Shown here one piece after another: positions 1-10,100 of a stretch of 64,000 bases of DNA (positions are counted from its first letter, which is position 1; each line of letters opens with the position of its first letter). Source of the stretch: an uncultured Gammaproteobacteria bacterium. Its GTDB lineage: Bacteria > Patescibacteriota > Patescibacteriia > Magasanikbacterales > UBA922. The notes under the pieces are model-generated. The model saw nothing but the letters and a program-made list of their open reading frames with translations, did no database searches and had not been told where the DNA came from. The position numbers and the translations under genes are program-made. Location: contig CAYUTO010000002.1 of the NCBI GenBank assembly GCA_964447765.1, forward strand, positions 38,955-102,954, in the 5' to 3' direction.

Positions 1-89
1 TCTCTCTCAATGGAGCCTCAACTCATGGTATACTAGAAGAGGACGAAGTATTCGGAATTGTGATGAAGCAAGAATAATTTTTTTATCTT

Positions 90-2180
90 ATGGCACACGA
101 AAAAAATCCAAAAGATATCGAGGATGTAGAAGAGCTCGAACGTGAATGGAACAATGATACTCCTGGTCATGAAGATGAGGATACTCTTAAGGTTGAGGAG
201 CCTAAACATGGTGAATTTGTAGAACATGATTTGGAAACAGGGGAAAAAATAGAAAAAAAATCCGCCTTGGGTGGAAAGAAAAAAGGAAAGCATGTAGTGA
301 AACATGAAAAAAAGAAAAAACATGCACATGAAAAAGTAGTAGCGTCTGGCGTTGTTGAAGATTCTATTGAGGATGAAGTAATGATAGCCCCAACAGAAGA
401 TGGTGGCGGTCGGGGAAAAGTGATTGCAGATCAGCTTTCTCAGATTTATGAAAATAGTGATGGGTCCATGCCAGACATGAAAACATTTGAGAGTAGAAAA
501 ACGAGTAGATTTGTCCGTGCATTAATGGTTTTTTTGATTTCATGTTTATTTTTTGGAGCATCTGCATGGGTAGGACTTTTTGTACTTCAACCAAAATCAC
601 AGTTTTCTGAAACCGATGTAACACTAGAAATTTCTGGAGAAGATAGTGTGCTTGCAGGGAGTGAAGTGACATACCGAATCCGATATCGAAATGCTCAGAG
701 TGTCTCGCTTCATGATGTGGTGCTCGAAGCGCGTTTTCCTGGAGGATTTAGAATCACTACGACGACGAGACCAGGGGATGATGAGTCAAATGGGAAATGG
801 ACTTTAGGTACTCTTGATCCAGGGAGCGGAGGATATATTGACGTAACCGGAAGATTTTTTGGTGATAGTGGCGGAACACAATCAATTCGAAGCTTTTTAT
901 CTTATAAGCCAGATAATTTTACCTCTACTTTTCAGGCAGTAACCACGAAAACGATTCAAGCAAAAGCAGATGCAGTGACACTGGAAATTGGTGTAGCAGA
1001 GAGTGTCCCTCGCGGTGGAAAAACTCCACTCACTATTACGATTACGCCTACTCCGGATGTAGTGCTTGAACATGTAGAGCTCAGTTGTGATTCACTCGAT
1101 TTTACTCCAGATATCAAGAGTACTCCTGCTTCAAAAGAAGGTTCTCCTTGCTCATGGACTTTTGATGTGATACGCGAAAAAACAGTGATTGAGCTCACTG
1201 GTATGTTTGCTAGTCCAACATCTTCAAGTGATTTTGCAATCGAGCTGCGGGGATGGGAGAATGCAGATCGTATAGGGGAAGGGTTTATACTCGGTAGTGC
1301 GCAAAAGAATGTCGTATTGACTGAGTCAACTACGAATGTAAGTCTGGTCATTAACGGTGGAGCAGGAGATACGACTATTTCTCCCGGAGAAACAATGTCT
1401 GCGAGTATTGTTGTTCAAAACAAAGGAGAAACACCGTTGACTGATGTAGTAATTGAAGCGGTGATTGACGGACCATCATATAGTAATCGCAGTATTTTAG
1501 GGTGGCAAGATTTGGTGCTTACCGGAGATGCTAATGTAGGTGGGGAACAACTAACCCCAGACACCAGACGTGGAAAAATAACCTGGAACAAACAATATGT
1601 TCCTGAACTCGGATCAATTGCTCCTGGCAAGGAGGTTCGGGTGGATGTTTCAATTCCAATTCGCTCGGGGGAGCAGATTACTCTCGGTAACTTTACTACG
1701 AATAATATTGTATTTGCATCGAGCTTTACACATGGAAAAACAGATGAACGCAAAACAATTTCTTCAAATCAAATTAATCTAACGCTCGTGTCTGATTTTG
1801 CACTTAAAACAGAGTACGATCTTACTTCTACGAGTGGATTAGCTGGAACCTACGATATTTCATGGAGACTTACCAATTCATTCCATGGTTTGAAGAATAT
1901 TAAACTAGAAATGGATCTGTATGGCGATGTGGAAGTTGATTCAAGCAAATTTACGGTCGCTGCAGGTGAGATGAAATATGATGAGACAAACAAGCGTATT
2001 ACGTGGACTATACCTGAAATGCCAACAAGCGTTGATATTCTTTCAGCTGAATTCCCAGTAATTCTAAAAGCCGATAATCCTACACAAAAAGATCTTGCAT
2101 CAAAGGTGCGTATGAGTGCTGATGATCAGACGACGAATGTAGTGATAAAAAAAGTAGGGGATGGGATTACGTTGAGATAA
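90..2180 (+). CDS. Single-pass membrane protein with Ig-like/DUF11-type repeats (CPR-type surface protein)
   Basis: 696-aa ORF: charged low-complexity N-terminus, one TM helix (ALMVFLISCLFFGASAWVGLFVL), then beta-rich repeats (GSEVTYRIRYRN, PGETMSASIVVQNKG, WTLGTLDPG). Confidence 0.6.
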   Translation: MAHEKNPKDIEDVEELEREWNNDTPGHEDEDTLKVEEPKHGEFVEHDLETGEKIEKKSALGGKKKGKHVVKHEKKKKHAHEKVVASGVVEDSIEDEVMIAPTEDGGGRGKVIADQLSQIYENSDGSMPDMKTFESRKTSRFVRALMVFLISCLFFGASAWVGLFVLQPKSQFSETDVTLEISGEDSVLAGSEVTYRIRYRNAQSVSLHDVVLEARFPGGFRITTTTRPGDDESNGKWTLGTLDPGSGGYIDVTGRFFGDSGGTQSIRSFLSYKPDNFTSTFQAVTTKTIQAKADAVTLEIGVAESVPRGGKTPLTITITPTPDVVLEHVELSCDSLDFTPDIKSTPASKEGSPCSWTFDVIREKTVIELTGMFASPTSSSDFAIELRGWENADRIGEGFILGSAQKNVVLTESTTNVSLVINGGAGDTTISPGETMSASIVVQNKGETPLTDVVIEAVIDGPSYSNRSILGWQDLVLTGDANVGGEQLTPDTRRGKITWNKQYVPELGSIAPGKEVRVDVSIPIRSGEQITLGNFTTNNIVFASSFTHGKTDERKTISSNQINLTLVSDFALKTEYDLTSTSGLAGTYDISWRLTNSFHGLKNIKLEMDLYGDVEVDSSKFTVAAGEMKYDETNKRITWTIPEMPTSVDILSAEFPVILKADNPTQKDLASKVRMSADDQTTNVVIKKVGDGITLR

Positions 2181-2238
2181 AGATTAAAAAATAAAGATTG
2201 AAGATTAGGAGAACGTATATACGAAAATCTTCAATCTT
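2178..2238. repeat. Inverted AAGATT(A/G) heptamer repeat pair
   Basis: aagattgaagatt (2194-2206) is the perfect inverse of aatcttcaatctt (2226-2238); same unit as the repeats flanking 5201-5566. Confidence 0.75.
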
Positions 2239-2248
2239 CTATTATTCT

Positions 2249-2467
2249 ATGATTAAACTTGGAAAATATAGGCACTACAAAGGTCATATATGCAATGTGA
2301 TTGGTATTGCAAAGCATAGTGAAAATCCTGAAGAGGAATTGGTTGTATATTCTCATCCTGATGAGAATGGTGTCGATCAGCTCTGGGCACGACCAAAAAG
2401 TATGTTTGTGAGTGACGTAGAAGTTGGGGGAAAAACAATGAAAAGATTTGAGTATGTAGGAGAGTAG
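2249..2467 (+). CDS. DUF1653 domain protein
   Basis: GKYRHYKG...GIAKHSE...LVVY...LWARPKSMF...RFEY pattern; ATG at 2249 preferred over the TTG at 2198, which lies inside the repeat. Confidence 0.8.
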   Translation: MIKLGKYRHYKGHICNVIGIAKHSENPEEELVVYSHPDENGVDQLWARPKSMFVSDVEVGGKTMKRFEYVGE

Positions 2468-2481
2468 TTGTTACAAAATTT

Positions 2482-2518
2482 AAAAAAACAGTCTTGAGTG
2501 TATCAAGACTGTTTTTTT
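2482..2518. terminator. Bidirectional intrinsic terminator
   Basis: aaaaaaacagtcttga-gtgta-tcaagactgttttttt between convergent DUF1653 and tRNA genes. Confidence 0.85.
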
Positions 2519-2521
2519 ATA

Positions 2522-2596
2522 TGGTGCCTCCAGAGGGAATCGAACCCCCATCAACGGTTCCGAAGACCGTAGTTTTATCCATTAAACTATAGAGGC
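2522..2596 (-). tRNA. tRNA-Arg(TCG)
   Basis: Cloverleaf on minus strand; anticodon arm acggt-ctTCGga-accgt; GGTTCGATTCC T-loop; encoded CCA. Confidence 0.95.
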
Positions 2597-2648
2597 ATGG
2601 TAAGTTAAAAGGCATAAGTAATAAAATTACTTATACGTTTGTAACTAG

Positions 2649-2721
2649 TGGGTTGCCTGGGGATCGAACCCAGGACCTTGGGCTTAAGAGGCCCCTGCTC
2701 TACCAACTGAGCTAGCAACCC
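2649..2721 (-). tRNA. tRNA-Lys(CTT)
   Basis: gggttgc...gcaaccc acceptor stem; AGCTCAGTTGGTAGAGC D-arm; anticodon loop ctCTTaa; CCA not encoded. Confidence 0.95.
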
Positions 2722-2806
2722 GTGATGGAATAATGGCTCACGAATAAACGTGAGCGTGAGTATATATCAAGTTGTATGTAAAATCAAGAGGTTAACTGTC
2801 AGGATC

Positions 2807-3568
2807 TTACCCAATAGGATCATCATTTTTTCGAGGTGTGACCTGAATTTTTGGCCCTTTCCATGCTTTTACCTTCAAAGCTTCTTCAGCGGCAGCAGTT
2901 TGAGCTTCTTGTTTACTGGTTCCAAATCCTTCGGCAATTTTTTCTTTATTAAGAAAGATTCCAACGACAAAGTTTTTTGCATGATCAGGTCCATCCTCAC
3001 TCATTACTTTGTATGTTGGGGTAATGCCCGTAATTTCTTGCGCTGCTTCTTGGAAGCGTGATTTTGCATCCATCCACAGTCCTTGTTCAAGAACTTCAGG
3101 AAGTTTGGTAATAATAAAACGAGTGACAAATTGTTCAGCCATTTCCCAGCCACGATCAAGGTATATTGAGCCAATCACTGCTTCAAGCGCATTCGCAAGA
3201 ATATAGTCACGTGCTTTTACATTTGAATCCTTTGATTCACCATGACTCAAAAACAAAAACTGCTCAAGATTAAGTTCTCGTGCAACTCGGGCACACATGG
3301 TGCCGTTCACGAGTGCTGCTCGCCAGTTGGTGAGCTCTCCTTCAGGATTGAGATAGTTTTCAAATAAGAATTCAGTGACTGCGAGTTCGAGAATTGCGTC
3401 ACCGAGAAATTCCAATCGTTCATTATGTCCGAGAGGGAAATCACGATTTTCATTGAGGTATGATCGATGAACAAATGCTTGTACCAATAGTTTTTTGTCC
3501 TCAAAGACAACTCCAATGGTATCTTCAATTTTGTGAAATTCTTTTTCTTCGTATACAGCGAGAGACAT
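2807..3568 (-). CDS. rnc: Ribonuclease III
   Basis: NERLEFLGDA signature, ANALEAVIG, C-terminal dsRBD (GPDHAKNF...SKQEAQTAAA). Confidence 0.97.
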   Translation of the reverse strand: MSLAVYEEKEFHKIEDTIGVVFEDKKLLVQAFVHRSYLNENRDFPLGHNERLEFLGDAILELAVTEFLFENYLNPEGELTNWRAALVNGTMCARVARELNLEQFLFLSHGESKDSNVKARDYILANALEAVIGSIYLDRGWEMAEQFVTRFIITKLPEVLEQGLWMDAKSRFQEAAQEITGITPTYKVMSEDGPDHAKNFVVGIFLNKEKIAEGFGTSKQEAQTAAAEEALKVKAWKGPKIQVTPRKNDDPIG

Positions 3569-3588
3569 AAATGGGAAAAGCGGAAATG

Positions 3589-3660
3589 TCTAATTGTTCT
3601 AATTATTCTAAATAAAGTCTAAACAAAAAGTGCGTTGAAATTATTTTTTAGAATAATTAG
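3589..3660. repeat. Inverted short-period (TCTAAT-type) repeat pair
   Basis: ctaattattctaaa (3599-3612) is the perfect inverse of tttagaataattag (3647-3660), embedded in degenerate ~9-mer tandem units. Confidence 0.6.
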
Positions 3661-3700
3661 GTCAATTAGTATAATTTAAGATTTATTTAGTTAACCGATA

Positions 3701-4177
3701 TTACGTTTTTTCTTTTGGTTCCTCAGAATCATGTGCGACTTCCTTCACGACTCCTTTTTTTACCAAATCTTTGTAGAGTGCACCAAGTATTCCATTGACG
3801 AATTTTCCGCTGGTTGGTCCGCCGTAATTTTTTGCAAGTTCGATTGCTTCATTAATTGCAACTTTAGGAGGAACATCTGCGGCATTATAGAGGATTTCAT
3901 AAATACCGATACGCAAAATATTTCGGTCTACTAGAGTCATCTGTTCGACCGACCAATGTGTTGCGTATCCGGCAATATGCTCGTCGATCTCTTTCTGATG
4001 TGCGATAACACCATCAATCAGAGACTCGACAAAAGGCTCATGTTCTTCAAGTCCAACACCGAATTCGTGCATCGTCTCCTTGATAATCGCAGGAATTGCA
4101 GCGGAAGGATTACCACGAAAATCCCATTGATAGAGTGTCTGCATGGCGATTGATCGGGCAAGGTGGCGTTTGGACAT
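3701..4177 (-). CDS. nusB: Transcription antitermination factor NusB
   Basis: [14 protein letters not shown]; [12 protein letters not shown]; [14 protein letters not shown]; FVNGILG. Confidence 0.97.
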   Translation of the reverse strand: MSKRHLARSIAMQTLYQWDFRGNPSAAIPAIIKETMHEFGVGLEEHEPFVESLIDGVIAHQKEIDEHIAGYATHWSVEQMTLVDRNILRIGIYEILYNAADVPPKVAINEAIELAKNYGGPTSGKFVNGILGALYKDLVKKGVVKEVAHDSEEPKEKT

Positions 4178-4187
4178 ACTGCAAGTA

Positions 4188-4403
4188 TTATTTAGCAGCT
4201 TTGTGTGCTCGAGCGAATCGTGCTTTTCGTTTGGTAGTATTTACGACGGTTTTACCTTTGTATTTACCAGTTGCTTTGTTTGCTCGATGAGGAAGCTGAG
4301 GATTGCCGGCTTCATCGTAGGTAACATGAACTTTAGTTAATCCATGATGTGCGCGGCGTTCTCTTTGTGAACGCTTGGTGCGCTGTTTTGAGGGGACTCC
4401 CAT
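4188..4403 (-). CDS. rpmF: 50S ribosomal protein L32 (Cys-free form)
   Basis: [19 protein letters not shown]...PHRA...GKYKG; adjacent to nusB and rnc. Confidence 0.9.
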   Translation of the reverse strand: MGVPSKQRTKRSQRERRAHHGLTKVHVTYDEAGNPQLPHRANKATGKYKGKTVVNTTKRKARFARAHKAAK

Positions 4404-4543
4404 ATACAGGTTGCTACATTAAAAAATAAGGGCCATCGAGTAATTCGATGAAATATAGCTTGAGTATAGCTAATTCCAGAAAAAAAATCAAGCCCTTTCT
4501 ATATATTGCATCTACCCTCTAACTACGCTATGCTTACAGTACT

Positions 4544-5167
4544 ATGTTACACACCGTATCTATTACCGACTCAGAAGCTCTTGATCGAGCTCTAGGAGCA
4601 CTAAATAGTGGTTCTACCCTTATATATCCTACTGAAACATGCTATGGACTTGGCTGTGATGCGAGGAATAGTGCAGCGGTTGACCGTATTTTTAAGATTA
4701 AGGTGCGGGAACCTGATAAGTCAGTATTGGTAATAGTGCATGATATTTCAATCATAATGAAGTACGTTGAGTGGAATGAAACAATTGACGAATTGGCGCG
4801 TACCTACTGGCCAGGACCACTTACCATCGTCGCTCCGCTCAACACGTCGTATGTGGATGAATTGGCGCCAGGCGTGGTGGGTGAGGGGGGTACCCTCGCA
4901 TTTCGGGTCACCAATCATCCGTTTGCTGCATCTCTTGCTCGAAGCTTGGGTGCTCCTATTGTCTCAACGTCTGCAAATATCAGTTCATATTCAAATCCGT
5001 ACGATATTGACTATGTCATAGGGATGTTTGATGGACGTGAATATATGCCTGACTTGATTGTTGACGCAGGTAATCTACCACATCACAGCCCCTCTACTAT
5101 TGTAAAAGTGGAGGCTGATGGGGCAAAGACAATTTTGAGGCAAGGTGAAATAATTATAGAAGATTAA
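4544..5167 (+). CDS. tsaC: L-threonylcarbamoyladenylate synthase (TsaC/Sua5 YrdC domain)
   Basis: YPTETCYGLGC, KIKVR, YWPGPLTIV, STSANIS, PSTIV motifs. Confidence 0.93.
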   Translation: MLHTVSITDSEALDRALGALNSGSTLIYPTETCYGLGCDARNSAAVDRIFKIKVREPDKSVLVIVHDISIIMKYVEWNETIDELARTYWPGPLTIVAPLNTSYVDELAPGVVGEGGTLAFRVTNHPFAASLARSLGAPIVSTSANISSYSNPYDIDYVIGMFDGREYMPDLIVDAGNLPHHSPSTIVKVEADGAKTILRQGEIIIED

Positions 5168-5584
5168 AGACTAAAGATTATTGAATCCATATTGGGGGGT
5201 ATGGAATACAAAGATTTTTATCAACTTCAAATTTGGAGGGATGGTTATGATCTCTTGATGAACGTGTATACCTGTACAAATGAATTTCCGGTACACGAAC
5301 AATACGCACTTATCGCGCAAGTATGCCGGTCAGCAAATTCAATTATTGCAAATATAGCCGAATCACATGGTCGGTACTCATATGCTGATAAAATCAGGGT
5401 ACTATACATTGCGCGAGGAGAAATCTTTGAAACTCGTAGTCATATATCTGTTGCGTATGGACGTAGATATGTCTCACTTGAAATGTTTACTCAATTAAAT
5501 GCAGGTTACAAGAAATTAATAAAAGACATAAATTCATATATCAAAAGCCTTCAGAGCAAAAAATAATCTTCAATCTTTAATCTT
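5160..5584. mobile_element. Four-helix-bundle gene bracketed by inverted heptamer tandem repeats (putative mobile unit)
   Basis: Left aagattaaagactaaagatta (5160-5180) matches the reverse complement of right taatcttcaatctttaatctt (5564-5584) at 19/21; mobility is inferred. Confidence 0.5.
5201..5566 (+). CDS. Four helix bundle protein (23S rRNA IVS protein / TIGR02436 family)
   Basis: YKDFYQLQIW...FPVHEQYALIAQVCRSANSIIANIAESHGR...IARGEIFETRSH. Confidence 0.9.
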   Translation: MEYKDFYQLQIWRDGYDLLMNVYTCTNEFPVHEQYALIAQVCRSANSIIANIAESHGRYSYADKIRVLYIARGEIFETRSHISVAYGRRYVSLEMFTQLNAGYKKLIKDINSYIKSLQSKK

Positions 5585-5597
5585 CTATAGTATATTT

Positions 5598-6422
5598 ATG
5601 AGTCTGTTGACCCCAACCCAAATCAAACGTTTGTGCGAAGAGTATTCCTTGTCCCCAAGTAAAAAATACGGGCAGAATTATTTGATTTCAGAGTTACCGG
5701 TACAAAAGATGGTTGAGGCGGCGGGTATTAAACCAGGAGATGTGGTATATGAAATAGGTCCGGGCTTTGGTATTTTAACCTTTGAATTATTGAAAGCTGG
5801 CGCAGTGGTGAGAGCATTTGAAATCGAACAAAAATTAAAACCATATTGGGAAAAATATCAAGCAGAGTATCCAAATTTAGAAATTGTGTGGGGAAATGTA
5901 TTATGGCAATGGGATGAGTATGTAAAAAATGAAAAGCGTCCATATAAAGTAATTGCAAATTTGCCTTATCAAATTACGTCTGAAGTACTAGAAACCATAC
6001 TTGAATCTTCCAATCAGCCAGAGCAAGTGATCTGTATGGTGCAAAAAGAAGTGGCTGAGCGTATTGTTGCTCGTCCGGGGGATATGTCTATTCTTGCTAC
6101 CTCAATCCAGTATTTTGGAATTCCAAAGATTGTGGCAAAAGTATCTCGAGGATCATTTTGGCCGAGTCCCAAGGTGGATTCAGCGGTGATTTCAATTACA
6201 CAGATTCAACCTCGAGCTGACAGTACGATTTTTTTTAAACTTGTTAAAGCAGGTTTTCATCATAAAAGAAAAAAATTGCTCAATAATATTGTCGAAGCGT
6301 ACCATATACCAAAAACAGAGGTTGAAACGGTATTTGAAAGTCTCAATCTCAATTATAATATTCGGGCAGAGGAGTTATCGATTGAAGAGTGGGAAAAATT
6401 TTCAAAGTTACTCACAAGATAG
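5598..6422 (+). CDS. rsmA: 16S rRNA dimethyladenosine methyltransferase KsgA
   Basis: KKYGQNYL, EIGPGFGILT, ANLPYQITS, MVQKEVAERI, PKVDSAV, RAEELS. Confidence 0.97.
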   Translation: MSLLTPTQIKRLCEEYSLSPSKKYGQNYLISELPVQKMVEAAGIKPGDVVYEIGPGFGILTFELLKAGAVVRAFEIEQKLKPYWEKYQAEYPNLEIVWGNVLWQWDEYVKNEKRPYKVIANLPYQITSEVLETILESSNQPEQVICMVQKEVAERIVARPGDMSILATSIQYFGIPKIVAKVSRGSFWPSPKVDSAVISITQIQPRADSTIFFKLVKAGFHHKRKKLLNNIVEAYHIPKTEVETVFESLNLNYNIRAEELSIEEWEKFSKLLTR

Positions 6423-6483
6423 TTTTGTGGGGTGTCTGAATTTTTGCTATACTTACGCTTGAATATATTTAAGCTCTGATTTC

Positions 6484-7152
6484 ATGAATTCGTCGGAGCC
6501 TCGACAATTAGACTCTGCACAAAAGGCTGGATTTATTTCTTTGCTTGTTTTTGCTTTAGTGACCTTTTCATTTAGTTTTCTACATTTGAGAAACACGGTC
6601 TATGGTCGTTTTACGACAGCACAACAAACGTCTTCTGAATTACAACTCGGGGAATATAGTGAAACAGTTCGTCTGCAGAGTATTGATACAGACAAAGACA
6701 CCTTGAGCGATTACGATGAGTTGTATATGTATAGCACCAGTCCCTATCTGCCTGATAGTGATAGTGATGGCAGAACTGACGCGACAGAAATTACTGAAGG
6801 CACTGATCCACTCTGTCCTGAGGGTGAGTCGTGTGGTGAAGGAGAATTTGGATCGGGTACGCCTGAGGAAATTTCACCCGAGTCACCGCTTCTAGAAGAT
6901 AGCGCGACGCCAAGCGATATTGTGCTCCAGAGCCAGCTCGGCACTGCAAGTGGAGGAGCAATTGATCCAGAAGCCGTTGCTGCAATCCTCCAGGACCCCG
7001 TACAAATCAGACAATTGATCCTAAATACGGGAAAAATATCAAAAGAAGATCTGGACCGAATCGATGATGCAACCTTGAAACAACTCGCAGAAGAAATGAT
7101 CAAAGAATATAGTGCTTCAGAAAATAATTCCTCAACCTCGACTGCTCAATAA
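6484..7152 (+). CDS. Membrane-anchored protein with thrombospondin type-3-like Ca-binding repeats
   Basis: N-terminal TM helix; DTDKDTLSDYDE and DSDSDGRTDATEITEGTDP; ends 2 bp before the giant ORF. Confidence 0.7.
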   Translation: MNSSEPRQLDSAQKAGFISLLVFALVTFSFSFLHLRNTVYGRFTTAQQTSSELQLGEYSETVRLQSIDTDKDTLSDYDELYMYSTSPYLPDSDSDGRTDATEITEGTDPLCPEGESCGEGEFGSGTPEEISPESPLLEDSATPSDIVLQSQLGTASGGAIDPEAVAAILQDPVQIRQLILNTGKISKEDLDRIDDATLKQLAEEMIKEYSASENNSSTSTAQ

Positions 7153-7154
7153 GT

Positions 7155-10100
7155 ATGTTTTTTCTCTCCAAAAGAACAAAGAAGCATTCAGTCATCGCTA
7201 TTATTGCGGTGGTTGTAGTAGTGAATGTGCTTGGTTTTAATTTACTCCGTCCAACTCCGGTACGTGCGTTTGTCGACGTAAATCAGGGACTCAGAAACGT
7301 CACTGATAATATTGGTGATTCGCTGTTGGCTGCTGGACTGGGAGCTCTCGTTAATGGAGCATCGTATTTCATGCGAAAAATAGCGTATGATACGGCAAAA
7401 TATATTGCTTCAGGTGGAAAAGGGCAGGGAGCGCTTGCATTCCAGGATGGCTTTGGTAGTTATCTGGGAAATGTTGCAGCAGATAGTGCGTTTGATGCGA
7501 TTGATGAATTAGGAAAACCATTCGGTTTGAATATTTGTCAACCTCCCGATATACGATTACAAATTGGGCTTCAGGTCAGTATTTCAAATATTTTTGCTCA
7601 GGATGGTCCGCAGCCAAGTTGTACATACAATCAGTTTAAGGAAAAATGGGACAATGCACGTGATAGTTTGGTGGGTGATCAAAACTTACTTGAAAACTTC
7701 AATGTATCACTCAAAACTTCTCAAGGAAGTTTAGGAACAGCACTTTCAATTTTGGGAAAAGTAGACAGTATCGTTGCTAAGAGTGAGTTGGGGGCACAGT
7801 TGGAGCGACTTGAGGGTGGAGGATTTAAATCGATTACAGGACTTATTTCAGGTGAAATCAAAACTCCTGCGCAAATAACTCGTGAAGAAGCAACTGGACA
7901 ATTGACCGCAACAGCTCAAACCAAATCGAGTGCCGAACAAATTGCTGGACTCTACGGAGCAGATGCTCTTTCCATTTTCCCCATGGCTTTGTCAGTATTT
8001 GCAAATACTCTCGCAAGTACACTACTTCAAAATGTGCTTGAGAAAGGATTATTACCAACCAAAGGTGATCCTTCATCAGTTGCTGATTTTTATGCTTCCA
8101 CAGTGAACAGAAATCGTCAGATTGCAGAAACTGCATTCTCATACCTTATTGCAGGAATTCCACAAAGACCTTTGACTGCATATGACGTGGTCACTGAGTA
8201 TAGTACCTGTGGTAGTAATCCTGGGCTTAATAATTGCGTCATGGATTCAGGTCTTGCTCAGGCTCTTGATCGTGCTCGACTGGGAACACCGCTTACGATT
8301 GGAGAAGCGATGTCATCGCAAAATAATTTACTTCATGATGATTGGTTGCTGATAGCAGATCATCTCGAGGGTATTGACCCAAGTGTAAGTAAAACAAATC
8401 TTACTAATACTAATTTAGAGTATTGTCACAGTTCTGCATACTGTATTTCTAATGTTGAAAAATTGAGAAAAGCTCGTATTTTACCTTTGGGATTTGAAAT
8501 CGCCGTAATGAAATCTCCTCCAGATAATCCATGGAAATTAGGTGATGTGGTGAGAGGATTTAATACTTGTGATCCGAGTGGTAAGCCGAGCGATGCGTAT
8601 CCATACTGCAAATTGATTGATCCTAATTGGATACTCAAAGCTCCTGAAGCTCGCTGTGAAGCTCGGGTGTCTGGTCCTGAACTGTTGACCGAATCTACTC
8701 CAACGAGACGCGAGGAATGTGTAGATTTTTCAACATGCCTTGAAACAGATGAGAATGGTCAGTGTAAAGGTTTTGGGTATTGCACCAAAGAAGAAAATAT
8801 TTGGAACATGCCTGGTCAAGCCTGTGCCCCACAGTTTAATACGTGTAAAACATATGTTTCTGCTAGTGATGGGAAAATTGCCTCGTATCTTTCGCGTACT
8901 CTCGATGTAGAGTCATGTAGTGCTGATTCAATCGGATGTCGTGCCTATAGTCTGGATAAGGACGGAGATGCGTGGGTAACGTCAGCCGAAGCTGATCCTG
9001 CTACTGCATTTTCGGGACGCACACAAGCAATTCATTTCACGAATATTGCTCAGTGCCCATCGTCATCAGAAGGATGTTCGCTCTTCATGGATCCAACAAT
9101 TAGTGACGCCTCAAGTGATGAAGCCCGTGTATTCCTAAAAAAAGCCCCTGATTATTTACAATGCTATGACAGTGATCTTACAACTTCAGATGTAGTTGAA
9201 TGGCCACAAACTCAGGCTGAAATCGTGAAGCTTGATACACAAAAAGCTGCAGCATGTTCGGCATTTGCTGGAGCGTGTACAGGAGAAGAAGTAGGATGTG
9301 AAGTGTATGCTCCTAAAAATGGGGGAGCATCAGTTACTGGTATTATTGGGGGGAATAGCTGTCCTACTCAATGTGTAGGATACGAAACATTCAAACAAGA
9401 AGCTACTACATTTGAATCTGAGAAATTCCCCTTACATTTTATCGCGTCAAATGCCAGAACTTGTACTAGTTTGCAGGTAGGGTGTGATGAGTTTACTAAT
9501 ATTGGTGTGGCGAGTGAGGGTGGAGAAGCGCTCGAATATTATACTGCACTCAAGCGTTGTGAGCGTCCAAGTGGTGATAATAGTGGAGTATTTTATTCAT
9601 GGGAAGGGTCGGAAAGTCAGGGATACCAATTGAGACGAAACATTTTACTACCAATTACATCATCTGACCGCGACTACATTAGTAGTCATGGATTGAATTA
9701 CAAGTCGGGTGATTCACTTGAATCAGTATTCCCTGTGGGATCACCTGCATACGTAGAAGATCTCAAATCAGCCATGCAATCAAATTATGATCAATGTAAT
9801 CAGGAATCATATAATTTGTTATTGAATAATGTGTTGAATGATTCAAGAGTTGCTGATAATGATTGTCGAGCGCTCTATAATTCAAATGGACAAATTTTTT
9901 ACCGAGTATTCAGAAATACCGTAACCGTATCAAATTCTTGCACACCTCTTCGAAAGACCAATTCAGAATTGATGGTAGACGAAAATATTACTGCGGGAAA
10001 TGGGGGACAAACTCTTTGCGAAGCAAAAGGTGGAGTATGGGGTGCGGGAGAATGTAAACGTTGTGCGGCCGGTGGAACATACGAAGTAAATACTGAAGGA

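Noticed and set aside
3107-3117. ggtaataataa in rnc (and taataataag in folC at 35249-35258) as targets of the sRNA-2 bulge
   Set aside because: 10-11-nt low-complexity AT-rich matches are expected by chance in 64 kb.
5201-5566. Diversity-generating retroelement (Avd-like gene)
   Set aside because: No reverse transcriptase and no TR/VR pair differing at adenines was found by eye.
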